From positions 33,019-97,018 of the IMG/VR virus record IMGVR_UViG_3300029288_000114: a DNA stretch of 64,000 nucleotides. One strand, given 5' to 3'. Under the pieces are notes generated by a model, which saw only the letters and a list, made by a program, of their open reading frames with translations, made no database searches and was not told where the DNA came from. Below, piece by piece: positions 30,200-43,568 of this stretch. This stretch comes from a virus (taxonomy: Duplodnaviria > Caudoviricetes). The position numbers and the translations under genes are program-made. The first letter of the stretch is position 1. Every line of letters starts with the position of its first letter.

Positions 30200-30772
30200 A
30201 TGGCTACGTTAAAATATGATTCACGCAAAAAAGTTTATTTTCTGGTCAAGGATGTTACGGAGTCTGGAAAAACTACAAAAAAGCCTGTTGAGGTTCCGGT
30301 AGAATCTAATTCTGTTCATGCGCTTCTAGTAGTCGGTAATAGCATGGACAAAGCAACAATCCAAGCGTACCAGCTGTATACATCCTTGTCTGAAGAGGAT
30401 CGCCGGGACTACAAAGCTATCCTTGAGGATATGTTTTCCCGCATGACTGTCAATGTTTGGTCATGGTGTATCGATGACGCCAACATGCGCTATGTCTATG
30501 AAAACATGGGGCAGCTGGCCGTGCAAGCATATCATACCCTTCCGCAAGAAAAATGGGCGGAATTCTTACCCATTGCCAAACATGAGTGCGAAGTCAACAT
30601 GAGAGGCGCCTCCGCGCGGTTTATTCGCGCCGTGAACAAGGAAAAAGCCGCGGTCAAGAAAAGCACACCGGCACCGGCGCGTACTATTGAAGTCATCATG
30701 GCAGAACTTGCCGCAGCAGAAAAAGTTGTGGAGGCACTCCGCAAAGAACTGGAGACGGCCAAGGCCAAGTAG
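30200..30772 (+). CDS. hypothetical protein, first gene of the rightward block
   Basis: GGAGG RBS; 190 aa. Confidence 0.75.
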   Translation: MATLKYDSRKKVYFLVKDVTESGKTTKKPVEVPVESNSVHALLVVGNSMDKATIQAYQLYTSLSEEDRRDYKAILEDMFSRMTVNVWSWCIDDANMRYVYENMGQLAVQAYHTLPQEKWAEFLPIAKHECEVNMRGASARFIRAVNKEKAAVKKSTPAPARTIEVIMAELAAAEKVVEALRKELETAKAK

Positions 30773-31241
30773 TACAATCGCACAAGGTTATAGAATGGGG
30801 AAGGGTTATAGTGACCCTTCCCCATGTCAATTTATAGGTTACCGCATGGATAGTCGTGCTATTCATGCGGTAGTTTATAACTTGAAAGTCCAGTGTGTAA
30901 AATGATTTTACACTGGCAAGGAATGACATATGAGCGAATTGGATACTTGGTTCCCTAGAGAGAATGGAATTGATGCAATCGAAGTCATGGCGCAATCCCG
31001 CAAGGGATTATTTAAAAGTCATGCGCATTACTTGGAAGCCAAAAAGCAAGGATTGCTCCCCAAACAGTTTACCGTGAAGGGCGCAATCGTTCCTTCAGTT
31101 GAAAGGCGTTATCGCAATCTGCGTTATCGTTAGTTGTTTCACATGCCCCAACATGCGCCATGTTGGATAAGGCATGAAAATTGTGGCGCGATTAGTGACT
31201 TGTAAAATCATTTTACAAGTCAAAACAAAGGAGATTTGATC

Positions 31242-31601
31242 ATGAAAAAGCTGTTGTGTCTCTGCGTTCTGTTCGTTGTGTTGTTCTCTCCGGCAGTTTC
31301 CGTGTCCGCTGACGGCGGCGACGACCTTGTATCCACCTTGCTTGAGGTGGATAATGCCTTGACGCGAGCGGCCCGCCGCTCGTATCGCTTTTCGGCGCAA
31401 ACACGAACATGCAAGAATGCCTTCCTGGCATTCACAAAGGATGGGGAGCAACTTCCAGCGTCCTGCACGACGCGGCTCCAGCCCAAGGTCGTGGCGCAGC
31501 AATTCTGCGCTATAAACGTGAAGCGTGGAGCGCTGGTTGCTCCGCGCGGCTGGGAAAGCGCAGAAATAACGGCCTTCTGTGAATGGGCCGTCACCGAATA
31601 A
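31242..31601 (+). CDS. secreted Cys-containing protein
   Basis: Signal peptide MKKLLCLCVLFVVLFSPAVSVSA; AAGGAG RBS. Confidence 0.7.
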   Translation: MKKLLCLCVLFVVLFSPAVSVSADGGDDLVSTLLEVDNALTRAARRSYRFSAQTRTCKNAFLAFTKDGEQLPASCTTRLQPKVVAQQFCAINVKRGALVAPRGWESAEITAFCEWAVTE

Positions 31602-32180
31602 GAAGCGCAAATTAAACAATTGGATAGGGCATGAAACACTGCCCTAGTCCTAAACTGACCGCATGGATACTCATGCGCCTGTGCCAAGTCAGGATAAACA
31701 GTGAGGCGGACAACTTGTAAAATGATTTTACGAAAATCACGAAAGGAGAAAAACAATGGATACCCTTGATGCCGTCGTGCGCTTGTATGCTGATTATATG
31801 GCCGAGTATATGCGGGAGTACTATCGCCCGATTGACTATGCGTATGACGCCGCCGTTATGCGGGCGCTGTGCGATGGCGTGATAACCGCGCAGGAGGCGG
31901 ACAATTGCCTCTTTTTGATTGCCAATATTTAGTAGATTGCCGGGATGTAAAATCGTTTTACATCCTATGGCAACAAGAGCGCATGGATTGTATATGGCGG
32001 AGCTAAGCGCGCGAGCGTTAGCTTGGATACTAGGGAGAGTGATGTCTGCCGAGTAAGGCATTATCGAATCGCCGACGACATGCCGCCATGCGTTCTTGTT
32101 GCTGTAGGATAAGGCGGAAGCCCCAAGTGTAGAATGTAAAATCATTTTACACTTTCAGACAATCAAAGGAGATATTTGAA

Positions 32181-32441
32181 ATGGCTATCGTTCGCAATAC
32201 TCAGGATCAGGAAGTCAAGTCGGCGTTTTCTGTTGGTCTCAACGTTGTGCTGATCGGCAGCAAAAAGATGACGGCCGAAGAGCAGGACAAAGCCGTGAAA
32301 GTGGCGAAAGTGCGCGTGCTGATTGTGGACGCCAGTGACCCGAAGAACGTCCTGGTAGACGAAACCACTGACGCCCGCGAGTTTAGCACCGGATCGGTTG
32401 GTTACGGCCTGAATATCCGCAGCGCTGAATTCTCGAAGTAG
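32181..32441 (+). CDS. hypothetical protein
   Basis: AAGGAG RBS; bounded by motif A on both sides. Confidence 0.7.
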   Translation: MAIVRNTQDQEVKSAFSVGLNVVLIGSKKMTAEEQDKAVKVAKVRVLIVDASDPKNVLVDETTDAREFSTGSVGYGLNIRSAEFSK

Positions 32442-32847
32442 GTTGTAAAACCATTTTACAGGTTGTCCAGCCCTAGACAAGGAGAATTTATGAATAAGCA
32501 TTGCAGATCGCCGCCTTGAGCGGTAACATGCGACGCTGGCGCATACCAGCCAATATTTCATGCGCAGGAACGCGCCTGGGGCACCGTAAAGCGCATGAAC
32601 AAGATAGGCGTCATAAATATATGATGCCAGCCCGCGAAGGGCAATGACTGGAAAATCCCCATAAGGCAAGCGTCAGATCGGGCGCGGTGTCTTTTGTCGG
32701 CTCACTTCCGGCATGGGGAAATAGGCAAGGCGCATGTCGCGATGTGCGCGTGAAGTATCGGCCTGCCGCCTGTGCGCCTTGCTGTTTTTTGTAAAATCAT
32801 TTTACCTGTCCAGCCGGATAGGTAATCACAAACAAGGAGAGATTGAC

Positions 32848-35800
32848 ATGGAAAAGGGATCAGTTTACTGCATGTCGGATCATAGAATCTTTATACTTGA
32901 AACTATGCCGCACTCCGCAATAGTTATAGAATGGGAGGGCGATCATAACGTGGCGTATGTCAAGGTCTTGTCTGAGGAAACCATAGAAACTTATTACGAA
33001 AAAGACGAAGACCCGGATCGCGCGTGGTGGATTGATTACGCCGTTGACTATCTAGAAAGTCGAGCAGCGTAAAATCATTTTACAAGGAGATTGTCATGAC
33101 CGTTTTCAATGTGGACTTATTCGGCAAGACCATGCGTCGCAAGATAGACGGCGCGCGCGTATTACTGACAGGCTGGCGGCGTTTTGACGGGCAGGATTAT
33201 CTGTACCAAACAGTCGTTGGCGGTATCCCGTCATGGATAGACTGGCGACTTATAGCGCCATTGTCGGCGCAAAGGATAGGTGGGGAATGAGTGAAGAAAC
33301 CTATGAAGCATTGGCAAAAGCCCTGCGCGAGTGTGGCGCAGAATCGGCAGTTGTCCGCGTCAGCAAAGATGCGGTTCGCCCAAAGTATCGGGCGTCTGAT
33401 AAGGGGCTGTAAAATGATTTTACAAAACACGAAAGGAGAGAACAATGATAGAATTAGCGGCCAGCGAATGGCTGGCAAGCGCGAATAAAGGGCCAGACGC
33501 AGACGGCACGTATCGGAGCGGGCAATCCGTGTGCTTAACCGCGCACATGGTCAGGCATGTAACCGGGCAATACGTCAGACATCTGTGTATCCCGTCTGAT
33601 ATGGACAGCTTTGCTAATACAGGAAGCGCCTATGTCATCTTGGATCAGTCCGACGTGGACAGTTTGAATAAATATGGGCAATTATAGTAACTAATCGAAA
33701 GGAGAACCACGTATGTTGTTTTTTCTAGGACTACTCATGATAATTGTCATCGGCTCCTTAATCGGAGCATGGTTGAATAGGAACGAATAACCTTACAACC
33801 CGCTTCCCCACGAGCCATGCGCCGTGGTGGATACCTGCGGTCATGCGGCATCTTGGAAGCGGGTTGTAAAATCATTTTACAAGGAGGCAATTGTGTTCTG
33901 GTATAAACTGTATCAACTTATCGCCGCGACGTTCTGCCGCGTGGCAGACGCGTTTGAGGCATTAATGACATGGGCCGAGTCTCATGTCCCAGAGGATTTG
34001 TAGTGCAAGGAGGCAACAATGAGCGAAATAAAATTGATCGGTAATGGGCATCTTATCCCCTTGCAATACGCATGGGAGCTAACGCCCGCGCGACTCCGCG
34101 AAGCAAAGCGCGAGCACGATTGGGCGTTCGCCGATCTGGAAGACGACGCCGATTGCGAACACCAGTTTTTCTGGTATCGCGGCTGGCTGTATATCCTCGA
34201 CGACTTTATGCGCGTCGAGCGGCGAACCGCGCCTGAGTGGATGCAGGAATTCGACGCCTACACAAACGACTCATTTTTCTCTGGCGTCGTGATTAAGTAT
34301 GTGGATCAAGACTTCGACGGCGATTGCGTCAAGGCGTGGACGTTCATTTCGTAAAATGATTTTACAAAAGCACTAGGAGGTGTTTGATGTACACTATCAC
34401 GAACCACGATGTTGTGCGGGAACTTGAAAACAGGGGCATTGATGTTCTGACCGGGGAACGCTGTTCGCTTGGGATGCGCGTGCTGTGCGATTACACGCAC
34501 TCTGGCGCGGAGATTCTGCGCCGGTGTTTGGACATTACCATCCTGGAAGATGGCTCGAACTGGAATTCTGGCAGCAAAGATGACCCGCATGTCGGATCAA
34601 TTATGCTGTTACGAGAAATGCTTGAACCGCTGGCTATCTTTGCGATGGCAACGGCGCATGGCGTCTATGCCGTAATGATTGAGAAATACCCCAAGGAAGC
34701 GGGCCTGCGCGGATACGCCATTCATGCATTCGCGTCACAAGAAGAACTGCGCGAGCGCGTCGAATGGTACAACAAGACGTTTCAAGAAGTGCGCGACTAT
34801 CGCATCATCATGGGGGCTGGATCGGCGGTCAACAATCGGCACGAATTCACTGGCCGATTGTAAAATGATTTTACAAAGGAGTTTGAAATGACAAGCGTAA
34901 AGAAGTACAAACAAGAGATCGAACAAGATTGGGATTGGAAATATGTTGTCGCATCTGCAAAAGATAATCCGCAGCCGTCTATCGACTCGCCCGACGACGA
35001 GATGTTCGGATATTTCTATCTCGGTACAGTAATGAACCTCGCGCCATCCGGGAAATATTATATGCCATGGTGCTCAAACTTCACGGCAAAAGAGGCCGAG
35101 GATGACGAGCGGTGGTACGCTGCTCTTGACGCGATTGCCGAGAAGCATGGCGGCTGGATTGAGAACGGCGAGGGCGACCCGTGCGACATATTCTTCGTCG
35201 TCAGAATCGACCAAGACGAAGAAGCGTTGTAAAATGATTTTACACCTGTCCAGCTCTGGACAACCGAAAGGAGAGACGGCATGAAAGCTATACTTGCAGT
35301 AGACGTGAAATACAAAGACCGTATTCCGTGGGCCGACGCCGATTCGTTGGTGCTCTCGAAGGGAAGCGTTGTTGATGTAATTCCGGCAGACAACCTACCA
35401 TACGGGAACGGAATAGAGTTCTGGATTGATGTGCCTGAACTCCGCGATGACCCATACGGGATGGGACTGTTTGATGGGGAATACGAGCTTCTTGACGGTG
35501 TGTCTCCGCGAGCCATTTCCGATTTGGAGAAGCTACATATCGCAACAATAATGGAAAACCCCCTGCTTGCAAAGCACTATACCGGCAGCCTGCGCAATGA
35601 GATAGACAGGCTGCGCGACATCGCCGATAAAATCGAGCGGTGCATTTCGTAAAATGATTTTACAGGAGGCTTGCGATGAAAGCGTACAATCAATACAGGT
35701 TCTTGCGCCGCCGCGAAAGCGGTATGGCGCGCGAGCAACGTCAGAATGTCAAGCCGCGCCAGATCGAACATGTGGTGCGGGCCATCAATCATATCGAGAC

Positions 35801-38800
35801 GCGGGAGCAGTTCGCCCGCTTGTCTCGGTAAAATCATTTTACAATCAGATGAAAGGAGTGCTATGAAACTATGCCCGTTATGTCGCTCGCCTTGGGCAAT
35901 ATGCCCGGAGTGCGGGAAAATCTTTAGACACGGTACGGCGCATCATTGCGACAACGGGCGGTGCGTAGAAGTGAATGCGCCGCTTGATTGCCAGGGATGC
36001 GGAGCGGTAGTTGCGCAATCGCTTGACGGCGTTCTTGATTACAGCATGAGGCTTCATAAATACGAGAAGGGAGTGCTATGAACAAACACTGGAACGAACT
36101 GCGCCACAAGTCAATGACCCACGACGAATTGATGCAAGAAAAGTTCTACAAGGTTTTCGACCGGCAACTTTGCGGGTTTGACGAAAAGATTATCCACAGA
36201 GTAACGGGGCGTTTCTCGTTGGATGTTGTGGCGTTTGACGATTACTGCCACGAGCATCTAGGCTACACCGAAGAGGAACACGGCAGTTTGTTTGACTTCT
36301 GTGTGCATCTAGGCGGCAAAGAAATGGGCGACTTCGTGAGGTCGCTTATCTAAAGGAGTAACATGGATAACAAATGGTTCGATGAATACGGAAACTTTAT
36401 CGGGGAATTGCCAGCCGAGTGCGTGAGAGACTGCACTCGCATGGGCGACGTTACCAGCTATATTGACCAGTGGATTGCGCGACTGTCATTCTATGCGCCG
36501 CGCGACTTGTCCCTAAAGTACCTGCGTGGATGTCTGGCAGATTACGAAGACGAAGAGATCGCCGCGTTCACGCAGCAGCAGGTAAACCGCTGGATTATGT
36601 TCTTTGCCACCGACGCGATTAGGAACGACGGCGATTTCTGCGGGCTGATCCCGTAAAATGATTTTACATTCACATTCAAAACAAAGGGGAGCAAGATGAA
36701 CAAGTACACATATCTCTATGTTGTCCAGGGACGATACGCTGGATGGGAAGACCTATCTCAATCAGAAAGTCGGCGCGAGGCACTTGCAGACCTGCGAGCA
36801 TATCGCATGAATGAGCATGGCGAATTCCGAATGATTAGCCGCCGCGAACGCAACCAAAAGGAGAACTGAAATGGGATACACTAGAAAACAATACCTTGCT
36901 GGCGAGTGCTCGCACAATGAATACTACGCACAGTTTGTGACTAGCGCAGTAATAGAAACTGTAAAGCGCCACATCGGAGAAGATAAAATCGCCGCAAGCA
37001 CAGATGAATACTTCAACGACATCCCGCTGCACCAATGGGATATGCTGGAAAGAGCGATGCGCCACACGATGGACGAGAAAGCATTTAAGGCTCTTGCGTG
37101 TCCAGAGGCACCGAGCGGGCAAATTTACTGGTCACTATGCGACGCGGTGTGTATTGCAAAACAGGCGGCGCGAATGATAAAGGAGAACAACAATGAAACT
37201 CGCAATTAACATCGACTTGGACAATGACGCCTTTCAACCAGAGGCAGGCGAAGAGGTTGCGCGTATCTTGCGCGACGCGGCAGCCAGGTGCGAACGGCTT
37301 GGAAATTTGTTCGATGATTTACGGGCAAATCTCCGTGACGTTAATGGCAACACAGTCGGGGCGCTGACTGTAAAATGATTTTACATCCTGTCCAGAGATA
37401 GACAGGCGAAAGGAGAATAGCAATGAGCAAGTTCAACATGAACGTTGAGTATTTCGATACCCTTGCCAATGCAACAAAGTGGATTCGCTCTGCCGAGAAA
37501 GCGATTGACTGGCACAACTACCAGACCGCTGTACACGAAGTCTTTCTTGTGACAGGCGATCTCAACGCCGCGACGGAAGCCTTCGCCTGGCTTGCCGCAA
37601 GAGATCAGCCTGATGCCGTGGTTGATGATGGATACTGGTGGGAGATCATCGATAAGAACACCGAGTACGTCGGCGAGGTTAACTACCGCTACGCTTTCGA
37701 TGGCGGAGCGCACTATTTCGAGAACAACAAACCGCACCCAAGCTACAACTATATTGGCGCAGACAATCGCCGCCACGAAGTCGCGGGGTGTTTTCACTTT
37801 TAGAAAGGAGCGAGCAATGAATATTTCTATCGGAGATAAAGTTGGGCTACTCGTGGCTGGCGAGTCCGTAGTAGGACAAGTAACCAGTTGGGACTCTACA
37901 ACCTATTGCTTCACAATCGTTGTTGTCAAGATATTGACTGGAAGATTCGCCGGAGAGACAGCGGCAAAGCCGTTAGGCGAATTGTTTGAACCAGAGTTTG
38001 CTTGCAAAGGAGAGAGCAATGAAAATCAAAGTTACTGAGATCACATATCATCGCAACGGAGTGCACGGGAACGGTTTCTATGTCGTGTCGTTTATTAGCG
38101 AGGGCGATAATATGATCGGCGTCGTCTTCGACGAACCAGGAAACGTCGCCGTGTTCAACGCTGCGCTTCTTAGAGAAGGTGTCATCGGATTCTACTACAA
38201 TTCTTGGCGCGGGGATTGGTACGAACAAGCCCTGCGCGAAGCGATTGTGGAATACAAGTGCAATTTGTAAAATGATTTTACGTCACGAAAGGAGACATTG
38301 AAATGGGACGCGGAGTATATTATCCACACGACAATGAGAACGGGTTCGCTTGGGCCGAACAGGTAATCGTACACACATCTGACCTATACGACTACGAGCA
38401 GGACAACGAAGACGGCGATCTGTGGCGCGAGACTTTTGACGACTTGTGGGGAAGCGTTGTGGCGTGCTTGCCTAATTCGTGACGAAGACACGCTTGTTCA
38501 CGTCGTCGTCGGTGCGCTTTACAATGAATGTTTCCCGTCTCACGAAAATCTTGCGCCGAAGCATGTACACAACACGATGAAGCGCATTAAGAAAACACTG
38601 CGGGGCTTAGGGGTTGAGCTATACTATCGTAGCTCTGCCTGGACTACATCAAGGCTGGATAATTAAGGAGCATTACGATGTTGACAGAACAAGAATACAA
38701 AGAGCTTCGTGAAAAGATTGACGCACACAAGAACTGGCTTGAAGCACGCGACTACAAATCGTATCGGACAGAAGAATGTCCAGAAGACTTGCGCGTGACA

Positions 38801-41800
38801 AACGAGCAGCGCAGCGCCGTTGAAGTTTACGAATGGGAGAACGACCCGCCCGAACAATACTTCGCTTATGTCAACGGGAAGCACAGAACGGTAGATGGCA
38901 TTACATACCGTCCGACTATTACAACGTGGATGGGGGATACCCTTGGATATGTTATCTTCGGCGTCGAATATCGTTCGTGCTTCGGCGACAAGCGCGTGCC
39001 AATGTGTGTTACCGGAACAAACGGCAAGAAATACTACGGCACTTACTACAAATCTGCTGGCGACTACTGCCGATTGAAAGCATACAAAGATGGAAGCATG
39101 GCGTATCTTAACTTTCAACGGTGGGGTCGTTAATGCGTAAAATGATTTTACACAAAGGAGACCAATGAAATACTTCTATACCCAAACTAACATCGGAATG
39201 GCAAAATACGTTGTGAACTATTACGATGGCAACAAGAAACACCCAGACGGGAGTGACGCTTTGGATATTAGGCTATTCAAGAACAAGCGGAATTTCAATG
39301 GGTTCGTAAAGAGTCTGCGTGCCGATGGATACGCAGAGCGTGCTTAACACGACAAAGGAGAACGATGGAAGCAAATGAATTGTTGGAAAGATACAAAACG
39401 TGGTTACTAGACGACGAAAGAAGCAGCGACGACGAGCGCGAGTATGCACAAGAAATCACGGCAGAGGATTACATCCCAAGCACCGAGGCCGTTGACCTGC
39501 TAGACGCTCTCGGAGTGGACTATGCTGGCGCTCGCCTTGAATGGTACAACTGCACCGAGATTGACTTCAACACGCTCGCCGTGCTTGCCGATCTCTACCT
39601 GCATGTTTACACCTGTGAAGCTTGCGGAGAAACCGGATACTACGCAAAGGTGGAAGGCGGCGATTGGGACTTGTTTCAAGGCGCTCTCCAATGCGAGAAC
39701 GTTTCAACTATCGAGGGCGAGTTTCTTGGCAAGACATTCTGCACCGAGATGTGCGACGGCTGCATCTCGAAGATCGAAACTATGTTAGGAATCTGACCTG
39801 TTTGTAAAATGATTTTATACTTTCACTTTCAGACAAAGGAGCATTGAAATGAATAACTGGTACATTGTGGAGTTTGACGAAACGGAATATTGGCAACAGT
39901 TTTTCCTTGACAAGTACGGCATCGAGAAAGTCATGACGCAATACGTCTTCGATGCGGGGTGGCAAGTCCACTGTTGCGAGATCACGCCGAGCTATGAGCT
40001 GTGGTTTGTGCAGCACGCCCCCGTTTTCCGCGACGGGATGAGCGACCTCGAAATCGAAGAGGCGGAAGACGAAATGCGGCGCAACAACAATCAAGAGCAA
40101 GTCGAATACCGCCACTGTCGGGGGCTAGACCGAATGATTGCAGAGAGCAGCCGCCATATCGTTCGTCTGGGCGAGTTCGAGAGCGACGAGGGTGGCGAGC
40201 AAGATGCCCACAACGAGCAGGCAGAAGATGCCGTTGAATACTGTCAAGGCAATTGGCAATTCTAGTGTAAAATGATTTTACAATTCACTTGTCCAGAGCT
40301 GGACAAAAGGAGCAGCGCAATGAGTAATATTAAGAAGAAAGCCAGATGGGTATACGTCGTTTCTAAAGTGTGCGAAGACAATCAAAGCGTCGCGTCGCCA
40401 GTGTTCGTAACGACAAGCATAATATTCCGCGAAGACGCAGTGCGGCTGTATATCGAGTGGACTGTCAGTGATCGCCCGTGGGAATGTGGTGACAACATTA
40501 AAATCGAGCGACAGCCATCTGGAGAATACAGAGCAGAGCGTGGCGGGAAATACGCGGGGACGTTCATCGTGACTGGCGTTCATAGCAAGCTAAGATAAAG
40601 GAGCAATGTAATGGACAAATCAGAACAGATGACACACGACTTGTCACAGATCGTTCGTATACTAGAGAAATACACGGACGACTACGACATCATGGAAATC
40701 CTTGAGGCGGCAGCGTTTGAATTGGAGATTGACCGCGAACGCTTTGCACAGTATATTCTTGAAACGTTGGGGAAAGGAGCATAATGCACACTGATATTGT
40801 AATTGAGTTCCCAAAGTCAAATTGGGTTGATGATAGCACGGGGCGCGTGTTAATCAAGCACGACGCCACACCAGAGATCGGCGTCTCGTTCCACGTCTTC
40901 TGGGGCGAGCACTCTGAAGAGTTCATCATGATGTCCGAGACAGACGAGTTCGGCGACACTGATTTCGTTGTCGTCGCAGCAGATGACCTGCGCGAGATTT
41001 GCAAGGGCTACCAAAACGGTAGCTTTGAGTATGGATTCCGGGCACTCAACTGTGTCCGCGAATCGTTCGCGTCGCCATTCGTGGCGGCAGCGCAAGTAAT
41101 CTACAATGTGATGTAGAAAGGAGAATCGAAATGGAATACACAGAAGAAGAGAACAATCGAACTTTGACAATAGTGACCGTCTTGGCTCTTGGCCCGATGG
41201 ACAATCTTGTACTAGCTGCGGCAAACAACGCGCTTAACTTCACGGGGAAAATCGCGGCGCGCAACGCGGCGTTTGAGTCCATGTACAACGCCAACTTGAT
41301 TAAAGATGACGGATCGCCATACGACAAGGAATCGTTACTTGACGCACTCTCGTATGAGATCAACCGGCGAGTTGATGCCGGTACATTTGTGTAAAGGAGA
41401 ACAGCAATGAGACCAATTACAATTCTTGCAATAACACAACAGATGTTCAAAGAGAACAACCGCTATCTTGGCGTTCTTGCAGTTGGAGATATGTCCGAAG
41501 AGTCTGCCAAGGCGACGCGGCGGGCGGCGGCTTACAGCATGATTCTGCTATTCCTTGTGCTGTACGAGACAGGCGAAGAGTGGGTGCTGATCGAGGCTGA
41601 CCATCAAACCATACACCAACTCGCGGCGCTGATGCAAAATGCCGTCGCGGAGATTGAGGCACAAGATTGGCAGAACTACACCGAGGGATACGAGATTGTC
41701 AAGGCTTGGCTGGATACGAAAGGAGACAGCAATGCGTAGAGAGATTGTCAATTTGGCAATAGCAACAGCAGATGGCGCGCAAATGTTTCCAGTCTCGGCG

Positions 41801-43365
41801 ATGACCTACAAGGGGCTGGCTGTTCATCGGGGCGTGAACTTCGATGGCAAGAAAATCGTATCGCTTAACGGCGTGTGGCACATCACCCATATCAGCAGCG
41901 GGCGCTGCTTGGATATTCCCGGCACGATAGAGAGTTACAAACACGCTCGCTATATCGCCGAGAAGATAGGCGACCTGGTAGACTTCACCGGAACAGAAGG
42001 CGAAACGGCGACGGCTATCCAGAGAGTGTACGACGAGGGACGCAACCTGCAGAAAGAAGTGTTCGAGATTGTAAAATCATTTTACGCAGAGAAAGGAGAA
42101 TAACATTGACTCACAACAATACGAAATCCCTATTGGCGTAGATCATATTCGCCACCTATGGACTGGCGACCGCATCACCGTCAAGGAATCTGTGAAGTGT
42201 TATGAATACGATTATCCACGAGGACAAGGGCGCAACCTGGTAACATTTAATCCTGGCGACGTGGCGACAATCAATTCGTTCCCGCCGAAAGTGTGCGGCT
42301 ACTCAAAAGATGGCAGCGCATACTTCGTTCTGTTCACGGCGAAGGGGCACACGTTCGGCACAAGCTGGCGCAACATTCAAAAGGTGAAAGGAGAATAACA
42401 ATGGAAAAGCGACAATTTGCCGAGACAGTAGCAAACGCAGTGTTTAACTTCGGCGGCATGAACCAGTGTTGGCTGGTGTACGATACGGTAGCAGAAAAGT
42501 TCTTCTATCAAAGCTCTTTAACCCCAGTGTTTTTCAACGAGATCGTTGTTGATAAAGACTGTAGCGCCGATTCGTTTGGCATAGACACGTACGCGGTTTC
42601 AGAAGAAGAACTTGTCGCGGCGATCTTAGACGGATGCTACGGCGAATATTGGAGCGATATTCAATTCAAGATTCTGTATCCAGAAGGAGAATAACTTGAC
42701 ATACACATACAAAGATATACTAGAACAAGAAATAGATCGGATGTTTGGCAACCTGCGCATCGAATGGCGACCACGCGCCAACGTCGAGTTGTTCGAGTCA
42801 CTGCTAGAACAACAGTACGACGTGTGGCTACAGGAGTTGGCGAATGTAGTTTACGAATCCTTCGGTCATCCAGTCCCGCTAATGTTCGACGGAGAGACGG
42901 TAATGCCCGCCGTCTGGCTAGATGAAGAGGACAACTTCAATGCCGCGAATGTGGTGTGTCAAGACGACTCGCGGATGTGCCGCTCTATGAATAAGTCGTG
43001 GCACAATATCCTGCACGTTGTCAATTTGTATTGTCAGACAGTTCAGCAAGAGATCGGCGCGTGGTGGAACAATGTGCGGGAAAAACAGTGACATTTGTAA
43101 CTGTCCAGAGCTGGACAGGCTAGTATACTAAGTTAAATGCACAAAGGAGAACTGAATGAACACAACAATACGAGACACCGGACAGGTTTGCATTTACTGC
43201 CTTGCTAAAAGGAGACTCGCAACCGAACCGCCATTCGACCGGGACGCCCATCACATTCACCAAGAAATCACAGATGACGGAAACGTCGTGGCAGAAGGTT
43301 GCTACGACTCTGATTGCAAGGGCTACTGGAAACGCACAGATATGTGGTATTACTTAAATGAATAG
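32848..43365 (+). other. array of about 30 small orphan CDSs (e.g. 32848-33072, 33096-33290, 33445-33687, 34019-34354, 34387-34863, 34888-35232, 35281-35652, 35863-36081, 36078-36353, 36363-36656, 36696-36869, 36871-37209, 37193-37378, 37423-37803, 38019-38270, 38678-39133, 39165-39347, 39365-39796, 39849-40265, 40320-40598, 40784-41116, 41131-41394, 41407-41739, 41732-42103, 42401-42694, 42696-43091, 43156-43365); probable early/host-takeover region
   Basis: Same strand, tightly packed, nearly all preceded by AAGGAG/AGGAGG, acidic and aromatic-rich small proteins. Confidence 0.75.
43088..43129 (+). promoter_or_regulatory. activator-dependent promoter with motif B between the activator site and -10
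   Basis: GTGACATTTGTAAC-TGTCCAGAGCTGGACA-N6-TATACT. Confidence 0.55.
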
Positions 43366-43568
43366 CTAGGGTTGGCTCAAACCCCGTATCAGCCCTGGTG
43401 TAGTGTGATAGCTACACCAGGGCGCGCAAAAACAAAGGAGAATAATATGCTGCTACTCGGAGTCGTCTTAATCCTATTGTCAGCCATCCCGCCACGACGC
43501 GATGTATCAAACGCCGAATGGGACAAGCAAACAAAAAACGCCGCGCGTGTTCTCGGCAAGGAGATAAC

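Larger units (their letters stand above)
30111..42086. repeat. dispersed 17-bp palindrome TGTAAAAT(G/C)ATTTTACA, about 23 copies (motif A)
   Basis: Starts at 30111, 30896, 31201, 31716, 31946, 32135, 32444, 32790, 33068, 33408, 33865, 34350, 34859, 35228, 35648, 35827, 36652, 37369, 38266, 39136, 39803, 40266, 42070. Confidence 0.95.

Noticed and set aside
31095-32669. Minus-strand ORFs of 168-178 aa in the early region
   Set aside because: They overlap + strand genes with strong RBSs and read through motif A (recurring KMILQ/KSFY), so they are shadows
30111-42086. Motif A array as a CRISPR array
   Set aside because: The repeat is only 17 bp, spacing is irregular (about 180-1800 bp), intervals contain full ORFs, and no cas genes are present
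30111-42086. Motif A as integron attC sites
   Set aside because: No RYYYAAC/GTTRRRY ends, too short, and no IntI in the window
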